DNA of 64,000 nt from Candidatus Latescibacterota bacterium (GCA_965248265.1 CBDFJF010000002.1:2016001-2080000), one strand, 5' to 3'. Shown: positions 50,401 through 60,074, counted from the stretch's first letter. Translations and numbers: made by a program. Notes: generated from the sequence alone by a model not told the origin.

Positions 50401-52105
50401 TACCGTGCTGACGTTCACGGTGCTGTCATTCACTTCAGCGAAGCAGGCGATACGATTCGTCGGTTTCGAGAAGGACTGGTCGCCTTCTTACGCTGGTGTT
50501 CTCATGCACGACGTGCACTGGTGGTCGTGGGAGCCGACGAATCTGGATTACCTGCTGTCCCACTTCGGTGAGCACGGCACGGTGGTGTCGCGCAACTGGT
50601 TGACGATGGGCTGGCGCGGCGATGGGTTTGTGCCCATTCGCCGGGGAGACCTCGAGGCGCGGGCAATGGGTGTTGTTGGGCTCTCGGTGGATGAACCCGC
50701 GGTGACGGGACTCGACCGGGCGCTCACGGCTGGAACCTGGTTCGGTCACACCGCTGCCGAGGAGGGGATAATCCTATCGGGTGAGCTGGCCGCGCAGCTG
50801 GACATCACGGAGCCGGAAGTCAACGGCGGTACCGGCGTTGAAGCGCCGCAGGTCTCATTGCTGGGCCGCTCCTGGAGTGTGATTGGCCTCTTCGACGCCG
50901 AGATCTACGAAGGTATTCACGACCTGAACAACGAACCTGTGACTCCGGCCAAGCAACGGTTTGAGCAATTCAGCCTGCCGGGGATGGATCACTTGATGGA
51001 AAGCAGCAACGTGTTCTGGGATTCGAACGTCGACATCGGCTACGAGCACACGCCGGCGAGCCGGCTGGCCATACTGCCTTTCGATCAAATGAGGGAGATG
51101 GGGGTGAAACTGCGCTCGGTGGCCGTCGCCCTGGATGAACCGGAAGCAGCAAGGGAACTGGTCGAGAGTTACCTGACGCGTGCCGCCTTCCGTTTGTTCG
51201 CCAGCCTGCCTGATGACGACGGCACACAGCGCGCCTATTCCTACACATCGCTGGCCGTGACCGGACTGGAAGGATTCGGCCATCTCCTCATTCCTCTGTT
51301 GATCGCCGCCCTTATCGTACTCAACACGATGATGGGTGCCGTGTACGAGCGCCATCAGGAGATTGGTGTTTACTCTTCGGTCGGCCTGGCTCCCGTCCAC
51401 ATAGCATTCCTCTTCATCGCCGAAGCGTGCGTCTATGGCGTCCTCGGCATCACCCTCGGATATCTCATCGGACAAACCGGTGCGAAGCTGCTGCTGGCAT
51501 TCGATCTGTTACAGGGGGTGTCGTTGAATTACTCCTCGACCTCCGCCATCGCCGCCGCGCTCCTGGTCATGGCCGTCGTCGTCATCTCGACACTGTACCC
51601 TGCCAGGATTGCATCGCAGGTGGCCGTGCCCGATGTCGTGCGCCGCTGGCAGCTACCCGATCCTGAGGACGATACGTGGCAGTTCGCTTTCCCGTTCACG
51701 GCGAACGCGCAGGTCATCCAGAGTTTGTGCGGTTACCTGCATTCGTATTTCTGCTCCTACGGTCACGAGTCGGTCGGCAAGATGTACACGGAGAAGACGC
51801 GCATCGTCACTGCTGAGGAGGACGGTAAGCCCGTTTATTCGGTGCAATTGCTGCTGTGGTTGGCTCCCTTCGACATGGGAGTAAGCGAGTACCTGCAGTT
51901 CACGATGGCTCCCAGTGATATCCCGGGGATTTACGGTATTCGACTGTATATCGAGCGCATCAGTGGCCCGATCGCGTTCTGGCAACGGCTGAATCTGCGC
52001 TTCATGCTGGAGCTGCGAAAACAGTTCCTGGTGTGGCAGACGCTGGGGGATGAGCTGCAGGAGCAACACAGCCAGCATGCCCGTCAGGTGATTCAGCATG
52101 AATAA
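47474..52105 (+). CDS. Large exported PA/M28-peptidase-like domain fused to TM and MacB/FtsX-like permease domains
   Basis: Signal peptide; GELIYAGNG PA domain; NMRRRALRTSLT; VYERHQEIGVYSSVGLAP..I..LF..EA; STLYPA. Confidence 0.85.
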   Translation: MHGSPQLLFICVAALLCGGWTSAHGKQLRLKETITALSTQGSRLAGYPGDRFAADLVERELIAAGVEGVTREPYEVVVPMDHGASLRILRSDGNSHSDEPKIELKSLWPNLVRTNTLGPQGLEGELIYAGNGDYADFNGERVQGSIALMEFNSGKNWKNAAALGVAAVIFIEPEETSRIESRRKWSWAPVHVPRFWIDRASGSALRQRVEDAGGLRVRLQARMDWELHKTWNIWGIVPGTDPELADELVAVHAYYDGISVVPADNPAAESASSIAGLLEFAHYLKAHPPGRPVALVATGSHFLGHKGVFEFFDRHARTDPLLKSRMPKRLVADGVDTRRLVAAVQERGLDLDSLGVVLRPAADSLQAPVFDSADIEKLAAYVKLRRLDPDTLGVPLEPDSLAIALFVALDLSSRSRQVGLIHSARQPEHRRMFVPLGRSFTRYAAAAATKHGRRPDGLVNLISPIKGLSEDTYLYYGSYVEAGEAARDVGIMALNLVTTTDARLVIDTPLDTPDKVDFVNLQHQSEMINQVLHKALGDPDLFGPNAIDNRKSHEKNITDERATIAGRLRLLPKRDATPVDPVPNAVVVIVDNFYDDSWRPGVYLADEDGNYQAGVRRWKCEVMGFQLDETTGDITYATDMGERAQAIGKFEQTPSKAETVWTTILFPSESMEIHERIHAHRHWTFGNFHEDMKILDHRGATPRQYGFALGDYDEQMMVLFSTSGDSLRLVDESMVLLNNEGARDEIEGQGHGFDLSTSKMVPWAGMQSAEDMWRLDELRIERMRRFAIENPRVDALHERARLSLERATEAMEALDWGHYAKYVREALGFEYRAYPDVKGTQSDVLNGLVFFVALLIPAAFFSERLIFASTDIRRQLTLFGLILLVVWIVLAQVHPAFGLAHPIIVLLALMVLVTAFFVISLIAGRFNGFMDELREMRTGTVEGDISRAGTAYVAFMLGISNMRRRALRTSLTLGTITVLTFTVLSFTSAKQAIRFVGFEKDWSPSYAGVLMHDVHWWSWEPTNLDYLLSHFGEHGTVVSRNWLTMGWRGDGFVPIRRGDLEARAMGVVGLSVDEPAVTGLDRALTAGTWFGHTAAEEGIILSGELAAQLDITEPEVNGGTGVEAPQVSLLGRSWSVIGLFDAEIYEGIHDLNNEPVTPAKQRFEQFSLPGMDHLMESSNVFWDSNVDIGYEHTPASRLAILPFDQMREMGVKLRSVAVALDEPEAARELVESYLTRAAFRLFASLPDDDGTQRAYSYTSLAVTGLEGFGHLLIPLLIAALIVLNTMMGAVYERHQEIGVYSSVGLAPVHIAFLFIAEACVYGVLGITLGYLIGQTGAKLLLAFDLLQGVSLNYSSTSAIAAALLVMAVVVISTLYPARIASQVAVPDVVRRWQLPDPEDDTWQFAFPFTANAQVIQSLCGYLHSYFCSYGHESVGKMYTEKTRIVTAEEDGKPVYSVQLLLWLAPFDMGVSEYLQFTMAPSDIPGIYGIRLYIERISGPIAFWQRLNLRFMLELRKQFLVWQTLGDELQEQHSQHARQVIQHE

Positions 52106-52221
52106 GGCGCAATCAAAACGCGAACGAAGACTGTCCTCGCTGTGCTCGGCCAGTCTTTTGGAGTTCGCTTCGCGAACTCCCGGGGTGAATTGGCTTGAAT
52201 AAGGTGCAATCAAAACGCGAA
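52099..52221 (+). repeat. 26-bp direct repeat of a gene start flanking a 71-bp hairpin-containing insert
   Basis: TGAATAAGG(C/T)GCAATCAAAACGCGAA at 52099 and 52196; GGAGTTCGC-TTC-GCGAACTCC at 52160-52180. Confidence 0.75.
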
Positions 52222-54897
52222 AGGCAGTACGAGGAGGTTAACGAGTATCGTGACCTGCTGTCGGCGCCAGACCGGTTTGAGGAAGGGTTTACCAGGCGAA
52301 CGGTAATCGGGGTCATCTTCATTGCCCTGATCATGATCCCGGGGCAGATGTATTTGAGTCTGGTAACCGGGATCGGCATCGGGGATGCGGCGCAGTGGGT
52401 GACGGTGATTCTGTTTCTGGAGGTTGCCAAGCGTTCGTTCACGACGCTGAAGCGCCAGGAAATCTTTTTGCTGACGTATGTCGCCTCGCAGCTGATCGTA
52501 CGCGCCGAGACGCAGACCTTTCTGCAGTTGATATGGCGGCAATATTTCGTCGGCTCACCAGAGGCCAGGCAGTTCGGGCTGACGGAGAAGCTCGTGGGAC
52601 TGCAGTACATGGGGTTGCCCTGGTTTTCGCCCTCTCCCGATTCTCCGGCGGTTATAGAGCGGTCCTTTTTTCACGTGGAGTGGGCCCTGCCGATTCTCCT
52701 GATGGTGCTCGCCATCATCGTCGGCCGAGTTACCTGGTTCACATCCGGTTACGCGCTGTTTCGCCTCGTTTCGGACAAGGAGCGCCTGCCCTTTCCGACG
52801 GCGCCACAGCAGGCACTTGGGGCGATGGCGCTGGCCGAAGAGAGTGGCGCCGAGGCGGAGACCTGGAAGTGGCGCACGTTTTCCGTTGGTGGTACGATCG
52901 GCCTCGTCTTCGGCTTCGTCTACGTCGCCATCCCGATGCTTACCGAGACGTTCGCTGGCACCAAGGTAGAAATTTTTCCGATACCGTTCGTCGACCTGAC
53001 GCCGATTCTTGGACAGCACTTCGGCGCCACGCCCATCGCGATCAGTTTCAGTCTGTCACCGATCTTCGCGGGCTTGCTGCTGCCTTTCTGGAGCGTGATG
53101 GGATCGTTCGCCGGGGTGATTTTCTTCATCGTGGCATCGCCGTTGCTGCATCACTACGGGATGATGCCGCACTGGGTTCCCGGCATGAGCGCGGTGCAGA
53201 CGCAGATCACGTCCGGTGTGGACTTCTGGCAGCCGTTCGCCATGGGTGTCACGTTGGCAGTTACCGCGATCAGCATCGGTCAGGTCGTGCGCGCTGGCAG
53301 GCAGCGGCGTGAAGACAGTGAGAGCGAGGCCGCTGCAACGACACCCGGCACGGGGCAATGCGCGCATGCTGAGTGCAAGAACGAGGCGCGGGTTCGTGGA
53401 TACTGTCTCGAACACCTGAACAGGGGCGATTTCTCACTGTGGATCTGTATCGCCCTGTTCTTCCTGGCGTCCGCGTATTCCATCATCCTGGCAAAGACGC
53501 TGTTTCCGATGCTGGTGAGCAGTAGCATGCTGGTCTTCATGCTCTTCATCGCGTTCCTCTACGGACCGATGATGTCCTTCGTGTCGGCGCGTCTCGACGG
53601 GTTGATCGGTCAGCAGATCCAGATCCCCTACATGCAAGAGGCGACCGTCTTTCTGATCGGCTACCGTGGCGTCGAAATCTGGTTCGTGCCCCTGGCCGCA
53701 TCCGATTACGGTGGCGGGGCGGAAACCTTCCGCGTCATGGAACTGACCGGGATGCGGTTTACGAGTCTGCTCAAAGCAGAGCTCGTGATGATCCCGATCG
53801 TCCTGGGTGCCAGCCTCGTGTACTGGAGTCTCCTGTGGAAGCTGGCGCCGATACCGTCAGACGCCTATCCGTACGTGCAGACTTTCTGGCCGGCGCGCGC
53901 CTTCCAGGAGGCGGTGAAATACTCGGCGACGCAGTATAGCCGTCTGTGGCGCGCTGGTGAAGAGGTAGAGGAGGAAGGGGAAGGCGCGATCGTGGCTCCC
54001 GGACAGGTGGTCTGGAGTCCGGCCAACCTGCAGGACAACGCTCTCTACTACTGGCGGGCGCGAGTGGCCGCGCCGGTAGATACGATAAATGGCATTAGCG
54101 TGAGTGTGCGCAACCCGCGTTTGCGGCGACACAGTCCATGGTCACGTGTGGGGTACTTCTATACCGACTTCAGCACCAGCGGGTCTGAACGCTCTCCTCC
54201 GGTCGTTGCCGCGCGCGGGTTCGACAAGAAGGCCGATGAGAGTCTGCCGCTGGCGTCTCTGGACAGTCCCGCCGACGGTACGGTGGTGTCCGAGGCTGAA
54301 GCCTTTTTCCGAGTGACCATGGAGCCCGAATGGGACGACCCGGTCGAGGTCGTCTTTGAGTTGGATACCGATCCGGAGTTTAACGGTGATTTTTTCCAGG
54401 GATCCTCCGAGCGACCCATGTTCTTTCAGATCTACTGGGAGGATCTGACCTCGACCGGGGACGGCCGCGACGACGACTCCGACGGCATTGCCGACGAAGA
54501 GTGGCTGAACCAGAAAGACGATGACGGCGATGGGTTGGTCGACGAAGATGTTCACCATCCCCTGCGCGGAGAGAAGTGGCCGATCGTCGGGATCGGCGCG
54601 ACGTTCGGGCTGGTGCTCTACCTCGTTCTCGGTTTCTTCGGCATGCCCATGTTCTTCGTCTGGGGCTACATCCGAGCGGTGGCGACGTCAGGTGTGGCGA
54701 CATTCTTCTCGCTGCTGACGGAAGTGATCGGAGCTCTGATCGCCAAGTACTACTTCTGGCCCCGGTACGGAAAACAGCAGTGGCGCCAGTACGCGATGGT
54801 CCTCGCCGTCGGCTTCGGTGTGGGGATGTCGCTGATCGGTATGTGCTCGGCCGCCATACTGATGGTAGTGAAGGCGGTTTCGCCCATGCAGTTTTGA
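52195..54897 (+). CDS. OPT-like polytopic membrane protein with an inserted soluble beta/acidic domain
   Basis: EYRDLL..PD.FEEGF, AAQWVTVILF, DKERLPFPTAP, APIPSDAYPY; insert with YYWRARV and DDDSDGIADEE/DDDGDGLVDED. Confidence 0.8.
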   Translation: MNKVQSKRERQYEEVNEYRDLLSAPDRFEEGFTRRTVIGVIFIALIMIPGQMYLSLVTGIGIGDAAQWVTVILFLEVAKRSFTTLKRQEIFLLTYVASQLIVRAETQTFLQLIWRQYFVGSPEARQFGLTEKLVGLQYMGLPWFSPSPDSPAVIERSFFHVEWALPILLMVLAIIVGRVTWFTSGYALFRLVSDKERLPFPTAPQQALGAMALAEESGAEAETWKWRTFSVGGTIGLVFGFVYVAIPMLTETFAGTKVEIFPIPFVDLTPILGQHFGATPIAISFSLSPIFAGLLLPFWSVMGSFAGVIFFIVASPLLHHYGMMPHWVPGMSAVQTQITSGVDFWQPFAMGVTLAVTAISIGQVVRAGRQRREDSESEAAATTPGTGQCAHAECKNEARVRGYCLEHLNRGDFSLWICIALFFLASAYSIILAKTLFPMLVSSSMLVFMLFIAFLYGPMMSFVSARLDGLIGQQIQIPYMQEATVFLIGYRGVEIWFVPLAASDYGGGAETFRVMELTGMRFTSLLKAELVMIPIVLGASLVYWSLLWKLAPIPSDAYPYVQTFWPARAFQEAVKYSATQYSRLWRAGEEVEEEGEGAIVAPGQVVWSPANLQDNALYYWRARVAAPVDTINGISVSVRNPRLRRHSPWSRVGYFYTDFSTSGSERSPPVVAARGFDKKADESLPLASLDSPADGTVVSEAEAFFRVTMEPEWDDPVEVVFELDTDPEFNGDFFQGSSERPMFFQIYWEDLTSTGDGRDDDSDGIADEEWLNQKDDDGDGLVDEDVHHPLRGEKWPIVGIGATFGLVLYLVLGFFGMPMFFVWGYIRAVATSGVATFFSLLTEVIGALIAKYYFWPRYGKQQWRQYAMVLAVGFGVGMSLIGMCSAAILMVVKAVSPMQF

Positions 54898-54973
54898 GGT
54901 CCACCTCGCTTCAACCCGCAACAACCAACACCACGTGCCGGTATGAGCACGCAAACATCGTTGAGGAGCCAAC

Positions 54974-56191
54974 GTGAAGATTACCGATATCGACATCATG
55001 CACATGAATCCGGCGATCGCCGCACGAAACGCCGACCAAAAGGCCCGCTTCAACAAGATCGACACCCAGACGCTGTTCAAGGTTGCCACGGATAACGGCA
55101 TCACTGGATACGGAGACAACCGTGGACACGTCTCCATCCCCGAGAAGGACGTGGAAAGGCTGATCGGATGCTCGCCATTCGATTTCGTCAACGCCGTTCT
55201 GCACCCAGGCCTCATGGGGGCACTCTACGATGTAATGGGTAAGCACCTGGAGGTACCAGCCTACAAGCTCATGGGGCAGAAGAGGCGTGACCGCGTGGCT
55301 GTCGCCGCATGGACCCGGCCGGCAAGTCCTGAAGACCTGGCAGCGGAGGTTGAGCGGGCTGCTGCCGATGGCTACATGATATTCAAGATGCACACGTGCG
55401 CCCACTACGACGTCTTCGAGCAGAATCGCGCCGTCGAGGAGGTGGCGCCGACGGGGTTCAAGATGCATTACGACTTCAACCACAATCGCGTGTCGACGGA
55501 CGTTCTGCGACTGGTCCAGGAGCTGGAAAAGTCGTCGGTGGTGGGTTTTCTGGAGGATCCGCTGGTGTGGCGTGACATTGACGGCTGGCGTCGCCTGCGG
55601 GAGAAGACCTTCATTCCGATCCTCATGCATGTTCCCCAGCTGGGTGGGGGCCCCGAAATCATACATGGGTGCGCGGATCTCTACATGGTCGGCGAGAATG
55701 ACAGCGTCGGTGGCACCATGGCCCGGGGCTTCGCGTGCGCCGAGGCCAACGTGTCGACGGTGCTGCAGCTGACGGGCGGAACGCTCACCAAGGCCCTGGC
55801 CCTGCACATGGCAGCGGTACTGCCCAACATCTCCCACACCATCAACCTGGACGACCAGTACGCGGAGGATGCGACGGGACAACGCATCGAAGTGTTCGAG
55901 GGCAGCTCGCCGGTCCCTGAGGGGCCGGGGCTGGGATTTGAGGTGGACGAAGAGATCGTCAAGCGGTTGGCAGCCAATCCGCCAACGCAGATACCCCGGC
56001 ACATCGGGATCTTGCACTTGCCGGGTGGTCACAAGCTCTACACGATCTCCTTCCCCGGAGTAAGTCGAATGACGGGTTTTGCCGAAGGCAACATCCGTGG
56101 CCTGAAGCTGGAGATTTGGAATGATGACGACTCACCGGAGTTCGCCGATTGCTTCGAGCGGCTCCAAAGGGAAGGATCGTTTCGGGAATGA
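54974..56191 (+). CDS. Mandelate racemase/muconate lactonizing enzyme family protein
   Basis: TDNGITGYG, ALYDVMGK.LEVP.YKLMG, FKMH, DFNH, LEDP, PEGPGLG; GAGGAG RBS. Confidence 0.9.
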   Translation: MKITDIDIMHMNPAIAARNADQKARFNKIDTQTLFKVATDNGITGYGDNRGHVSIPEKDVERLIGCSPFDFVNAVLHPGLMGALYDVMGKHLEVPAYKLMGQKRRDRVAVAAWTRPASPEDLAAEVERAAADGYMIFKMHTCAHYDVFEQNRAVEEVAPTGFKMHYDFNHNRVSTDVLRLVQELEKSSVVGFLEDPLVWRDIDGWRRLREKTFIPILMHVPQLGGGPEIIHGCADLYMVGENDSVGGTMARGFACAEANVSTVLQLTGGTLTKALALHMAAVLPNISHTINLDDQYAEDATGQRIEVFEGSSPVPEGPGLGFEVDEEIVKRLAANPPTQIPRHIGILHLPGGHKLYTISFPGVSRMTGFAEGNIRGLKLEIWNDDDSPEFADCFERLQREGSFRE

Positions 56192-56399
56192 AAGAAAAAC
56201 GCTGGATCAACCCCTTGTGCAAGGGGAACGAAGGGTGACAATCGTTGTGGTTAGGTGATGGACGACCGGCTGTTGGCGCCGTTTCGTCGCCTGGGGCGGC
56301 GCTGATGTATTTTCCCCGGCGAAACAAGGGCTGTTACCTGATGAGTGCCGATCGGATCTTCCGCAACCGCCGGACGGCCTTCCTAAACATCCCTGGAGC

Positions 56400-57191
56400 G
56401 TGGCTCGAGGGCTATTCAGAAAGGAGACTTACTTGGCCACACCACGATCCGTCGTGCGCAACTGGCGCGACAGCGAATCCTATCTCGGCCACGACAACGC
56501 CATAATCTGGCCGATGTTGTTGCCGGTGAGCGAGGACGATGCGTCCCCTCACCACTGCCTGACTCATCTCAGCGGCTTCGCCGGACATTCTCTGCAGGGC
56601 GGCAAGAGCACGGACTATCACTCCCACGAGAATGCGGAGCAGTACTATTACATCCTCTCGGGCGAAATGGAAGTGCGTATCGAGGACGACCGCTTCCCGG
56701 TGAGCGAGGGCTCAGTCACCTACTTCCCACCTGGAGTCAAGCACCAGCTCATCGGCGACAGCTGCCCGGACTGGATGCAGTACCTCATCATCACCTGTCC
56801 GGTCGACGCCGCCGTCGACGCCAGCCAGAGCCAGTCCCGTATCATCAACTGGCGCGACGCCTCGCCCGCCATCGGCAATCACGGTAAGGCGGTAACCTGG
56901 CAACTACTGGAGCGGCTCGGGGCAACCGAACCGGCCACCGATCAACCCTGTCTGTTGGCCTTCCACTACCTGGCGCGTCAAGCGTTGGGCCGCGGTCAGG
57001 CTTCCGACATGCATCAGCACGATGACAAGGAACAGATTTACTACGTCACCGAGGGGGAAGGCGTGGTTGTAACCGAGTACGAGGCCCATGGCGTGCGCGA
57101 AGGGGACGCGGTCTACCTGCCTCGCTCAGTGCCCCACATGATCCTCAACGACGCCTGCGACGACTGGCTGTCATACCTGGTCGTGAGTTGA
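56400..57191 (+). CDS. Bicupin protein
   Basis: Two cupin motifs: HSHENAEQYYY...PPGVKH and HQHDDKEQIYY...PRSVPH. Confidence 0.88.
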   Translation: MARGLFRKETYLATPRSVVRNWRDSESYLGHDNAIIWPMLLPVSEDDASPHHCLTHLSGFAGHSLQGGKSTDYHSHENAEQYYYILSGEMEVRIEDDRFPVSEGSVTYFPPGVKHQLIGDSCPDWMQYLIITCPVDAAVDASQSQSRIINWRDASPAIGNHGKAVTWQLLERLGATEPATDQPCLLAFHYLARQALGRGQASDMHQHDDKEQIYYVTEGEGVVVTEYEAHGVREGDAVYLPRSVPHMILNDACDDWLSYLVVS

Positions 57192-57335
57192 TGATCCGGA
57201 CTACAGCTCCCGGTTGAAGGCCGGATCCACGGCTCGGTGTCGCGTTCACGTGCCCTCCGTGCGCCGGTTGCGGTGCGCCGATTCAGGCTTATCATACCTC
57301 AGGCCGTTGAGACTGTGAATGGAGGAGGACAACAA

Positions 57336-60011
57336 TTGACAGCACTGCCCACGCCCAGATCACTCAGCCGCCTTTGCCGTCAGGCACTACCGAAAATACT
57401 GGCGACTGCCGACGGCCGGCTGATGCGAGCGAACGTCGCCCGCATCGCCGAGACGGACCGCTGGAATTCATTCGATCGCTTTCAGGAGACCACACAGACG
57501 CTGTCCGAGTTGTACGAACGAGCGGGCGCCCGAGCCGAGGTGACACCGATCCAGACCGGGAGAAACCTGGGTGACGGTCACTGGGTGATTCAGGAGGCCC
57601 AGGATATCAAGGCGGCGGTTGCCGATGTGGTGAGTCCGGTACGCGAGCGGATCCTTGATTACCGGGATAATCCCTGGCACGTCGTACAGTGGACGGCGGC
57701 AACACCCCGGCGAGGTCTGCGTTGCTCCCTCGTGATTGTCGACGATGAACAGGAGTTGGATCGATTGCCCGCGGGTGGCCTCAAGGGCGCGGCAGTCCTG
57801 ACGCAACTGGATATCCGCGGTGTGATGGCGAAACTGGACCGAGCAGGTGCGGTAGCCGCGATCAGCGATCAGGCGGTACCCAACAACCCTGATGGGGTGG
57901 TGTGGACGAAATTCGGATGGGGCGCGGTGCCCATGGCCCATGCGAGGGCTAACCTGGTCGGATTGGTACTCTCTCAGCGACAGGGTCAAAGGCTACGCCG
58001 ATTACAAAATCGCCACGGTCAGCTCACCCTGCATCTGAAGGTAGATGCGCCGAAGTACGTGGGGTCCCACGACGTCGTTTGCGGTGTGGTGGAAGGCGAG
58101 CAGGATCCTCAGGATGAAGTCTGGGCGTTCGCCCACAGCGCCGAGCCTGGTGCTCTCGACAACGCTTCGGGCTGTGCCCTCACGATTGAGGTCGCGCGTG
58201 TTCTGGAAAGGTTGATCGCTTCCGGTGCGCTACCACGACCGCGCCGTTCAATCAGGTTGGTGAATGGCTATGAGTGTTACGGGCTCTTCGCTTACCTGGA
58301 GCGCGTCAAGCGGATGCAGCCTCCGCTGGCCGGCGTCAACGTCGACACGGTCGGTTCCAAAGCGGCCGTATGCAACGGTCGCCTCGAATGGCACGCCACG
58401 ATTCCGATGTCGGCCGGGTTCGTCGATTGGATCGGCGAAAAGATTTTGCGCTCGACGTTGCGACAGGATGGGCGGTCCGGTTACCGCCTGAGCCTGGAAA
58501 ACTTCATGCAGACATCCGACACCCTGATCGGAGATCCACAGTACGGATTTCCCTGTCCCTGGATCACGACGCATCATCACAAGCCTGGCATCGGATTCGA
58601 CGCCTATCACTCATCCGCTGACACGATGGCTATGGTGAGTGTGCCGGGCTTGAAGACCTGCGCCAGTGCAATGGCTGCCTATCTCTACTACCTGGCGCAG
58701 GCCGACAGCGATGATGTTGCTGCCATAGCCAGCGTCGAGGCGGAGCGCCTGGCGCGACACGCGGGAGGCCGTAGACGTCTCAAGCCTGCGGAAGCGACCT
58801 ATGTCCGCGATGCCATGGATGTCAGCCTGCGCCAACTGCGCCGGTGGTCGTGGGGTGGAGATCGAACCCAGATCGAGAGGCACCTGGCGGACTGCCAGGC
58901 TCAGGTGACCACCGCTGTGAGAGCCGCCACCGCTTCGCGGGCAACTCCTCGAAGTAGACTTTCGCAGGGGCGGCGCATCCCTCGTCGAACGGCATTACTG
59001 ACACCGACCGGGGACAACTGCCCGCCGCCGATCAGCAGACGCATCGATGGGTCTGGATTGCAGCGCTGGGCTCTGTACTGGGCGGACGGCAAGCGCTCGC
59101 TGGCTCAGATCCAGCAGGCCATTTCAGTAGAAGAGAGTGGCTTTCTGAGCCCGCTGGGCAAGACCGGAGACGTGGAAGTAGAGCTGCAAAACGTCATCGA
59201 CTACTTCGAGGCTCATGCAGAACTGGGCTATATCGAGCTGCCGGACGTTGAGAGTGTGATAACGAAGCGCCAGCTCATCGCCGATCTGCGACGTCTGGGC
59301 TTGCGCGAGGGTATGGACGTGATGGTCCACAGCTCTCTCTCCAGCCTCGGTGCCGTGAGCGGGGGAGCCGATACGGTCGTCGACGCCTTGCTGGCAGTGG
59401 TGGGGCGTTCGGGCACCCTGCTGATGCCCTCCTTCAACCACAAAACCGCACAGGTCTACAACCCGATGACGACACCGACGAAGAACGGGGCCATACCGGA
59501 CGCCATGTGGCGCCGCCCACGCGCCGTGCGCAGCATGCACCCGACGCACGCGGTGGCTGCCATCGGCGCGCGGGCAGTGGAATACTGTCGTGACCATCTC
59601 GAGATCGGCATCTGGGCGCCGGAGAGTCCGATCGGCAAGCTAGTTCACGACGGAGGCTACCTGCTGGCTCTGGGCGTTAACCACGATTCGACGACGGCCT
59701 ACCACGTAGCGGAGATGTCGGTGCCCTGCGGTTGCATCGATCCCTTCGCCAACATCGATCGCGTCGTGCAGCCCGACGGCACCGTCGAGGAGGTGTGGGG
59801 GTTGGGATTTCGGTCAGCAGCCTGTCCGGTTCCGGTCTCACCGAAACTGGATAACGCCCTCAACCGGCGCGGTCTTCAAAAGTGCGGTCGTGTTGGTGAA
59901 GCAGACTGTCAGCTGGTGCTCGCGCAGGATCTGTGGCGAGTAAGGCGAGAGCATCTGCGCGGGGTCTGCCCCACGTGCAAGGTCAAACCAAAGTATCGCG
60001 ACGACACATGA
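57336..60011 (+). CDS. M28/DUF4910-like aminopeptidase fused to an AAC(3)/YokD-family acetyltransferase
   Basis: AHSAEPGALDNASG, YE, NVDTVG, YHSSADT; then LRRLGL..G..VMVHSSLSSLG, GTLLMP, RSMHPTH, TAYHVAE, C-terminal CPTC; TTG start after GGAGGAGG. Confidence 0.85.
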   Translation: MTALPTPRSLSRLCRQALPKILATADGRLMRANVARIAETDRWNSFDRFQETTQTLSELYERAGARAEVTPIQTGRNLGDGHWVIQEAQDIKAAVADVVSPVRERILDYRDNPWHVVQWTAATPRRGLRCSLVIVDDEQELDRLPAGGLKGAAVLTQLDIRGVMAKLDRAGAVAAISDQAVPNNPDGVVWTKFGWGAVPMAHARANLVGLVLSQRQGQRLRRLQNRHGQLTLHLKVDAPKYVGSHDVVCGVVEGEQDPQDEVWAFAHSAEPGALDNASGCALTIEVARVLERLIASGALPRPRRSIRLVNGYECYGLFAYLERVKRMQPPLAGVNVDTVGSKAAVCNGRLEWHATIPMSAGFVDWIGEKILRSTLRQDGRSGYRLSLENFMQTSDTLIGDPQYGFPCPWITTHHHKPGIGFDAYHSSADTMAMVSVPGLKTCASAMAAYLYYLAQADSDDVAAIASVEAERLARHAGGRRRLKPAEATYVRDAMDVSLRQLRRWSWGGDRTQIERHLADCQAQVTTAVRAATASRATPRSRLSQGRRIPRRTALLTPTGDNCPPPISRRIDGSGLQRWALYWADGKRSLAQIQQAISVEESGFLSPLGKTGDVEVELQNVIDYFEAHAELGYIELPDVESVITKRQLIADLRRLGLREGMDVMVHSSLSSLGAVSGGADTVVDALLAVVGRSGTLLMPSFNHKTAQVYNPMTTPTKNGAIPDAMWRRPRAVRSMHPTHAVAAIGARAVEYCRDHLEIGIWAPESPIGKLVHDGGYLLALGVNHDSTTAYHVAEMSVPCGCIDPFANIDRVVQPDGTVEEVWGLGFRSAACPVPVSPKLDNALNRRGLQKCGRVGEADCQLVLAQDLWRVRREHLRGVCPTCKVKPKYRDDT

Positions 60012-60074
60012 TATTGCACCCGACAACGATCAATCACGTCAACGATCAAATAAGGCCATGGAAACGATGCATTT

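Noticed and set aside
54911-56032. 373-aa minus-strand ORF and similar long overlapping ORFs elsewhere
   Set aside because: Antisense to well-supported genes; typical of high-GC codon bias; no motifs
59250-60011. Aminoglycoside resistance gene
   Set aside because: The AAC(3)-family domain is fused to a peptidase in a metabolic operon with no mobile context; family membership alone does not show resistance
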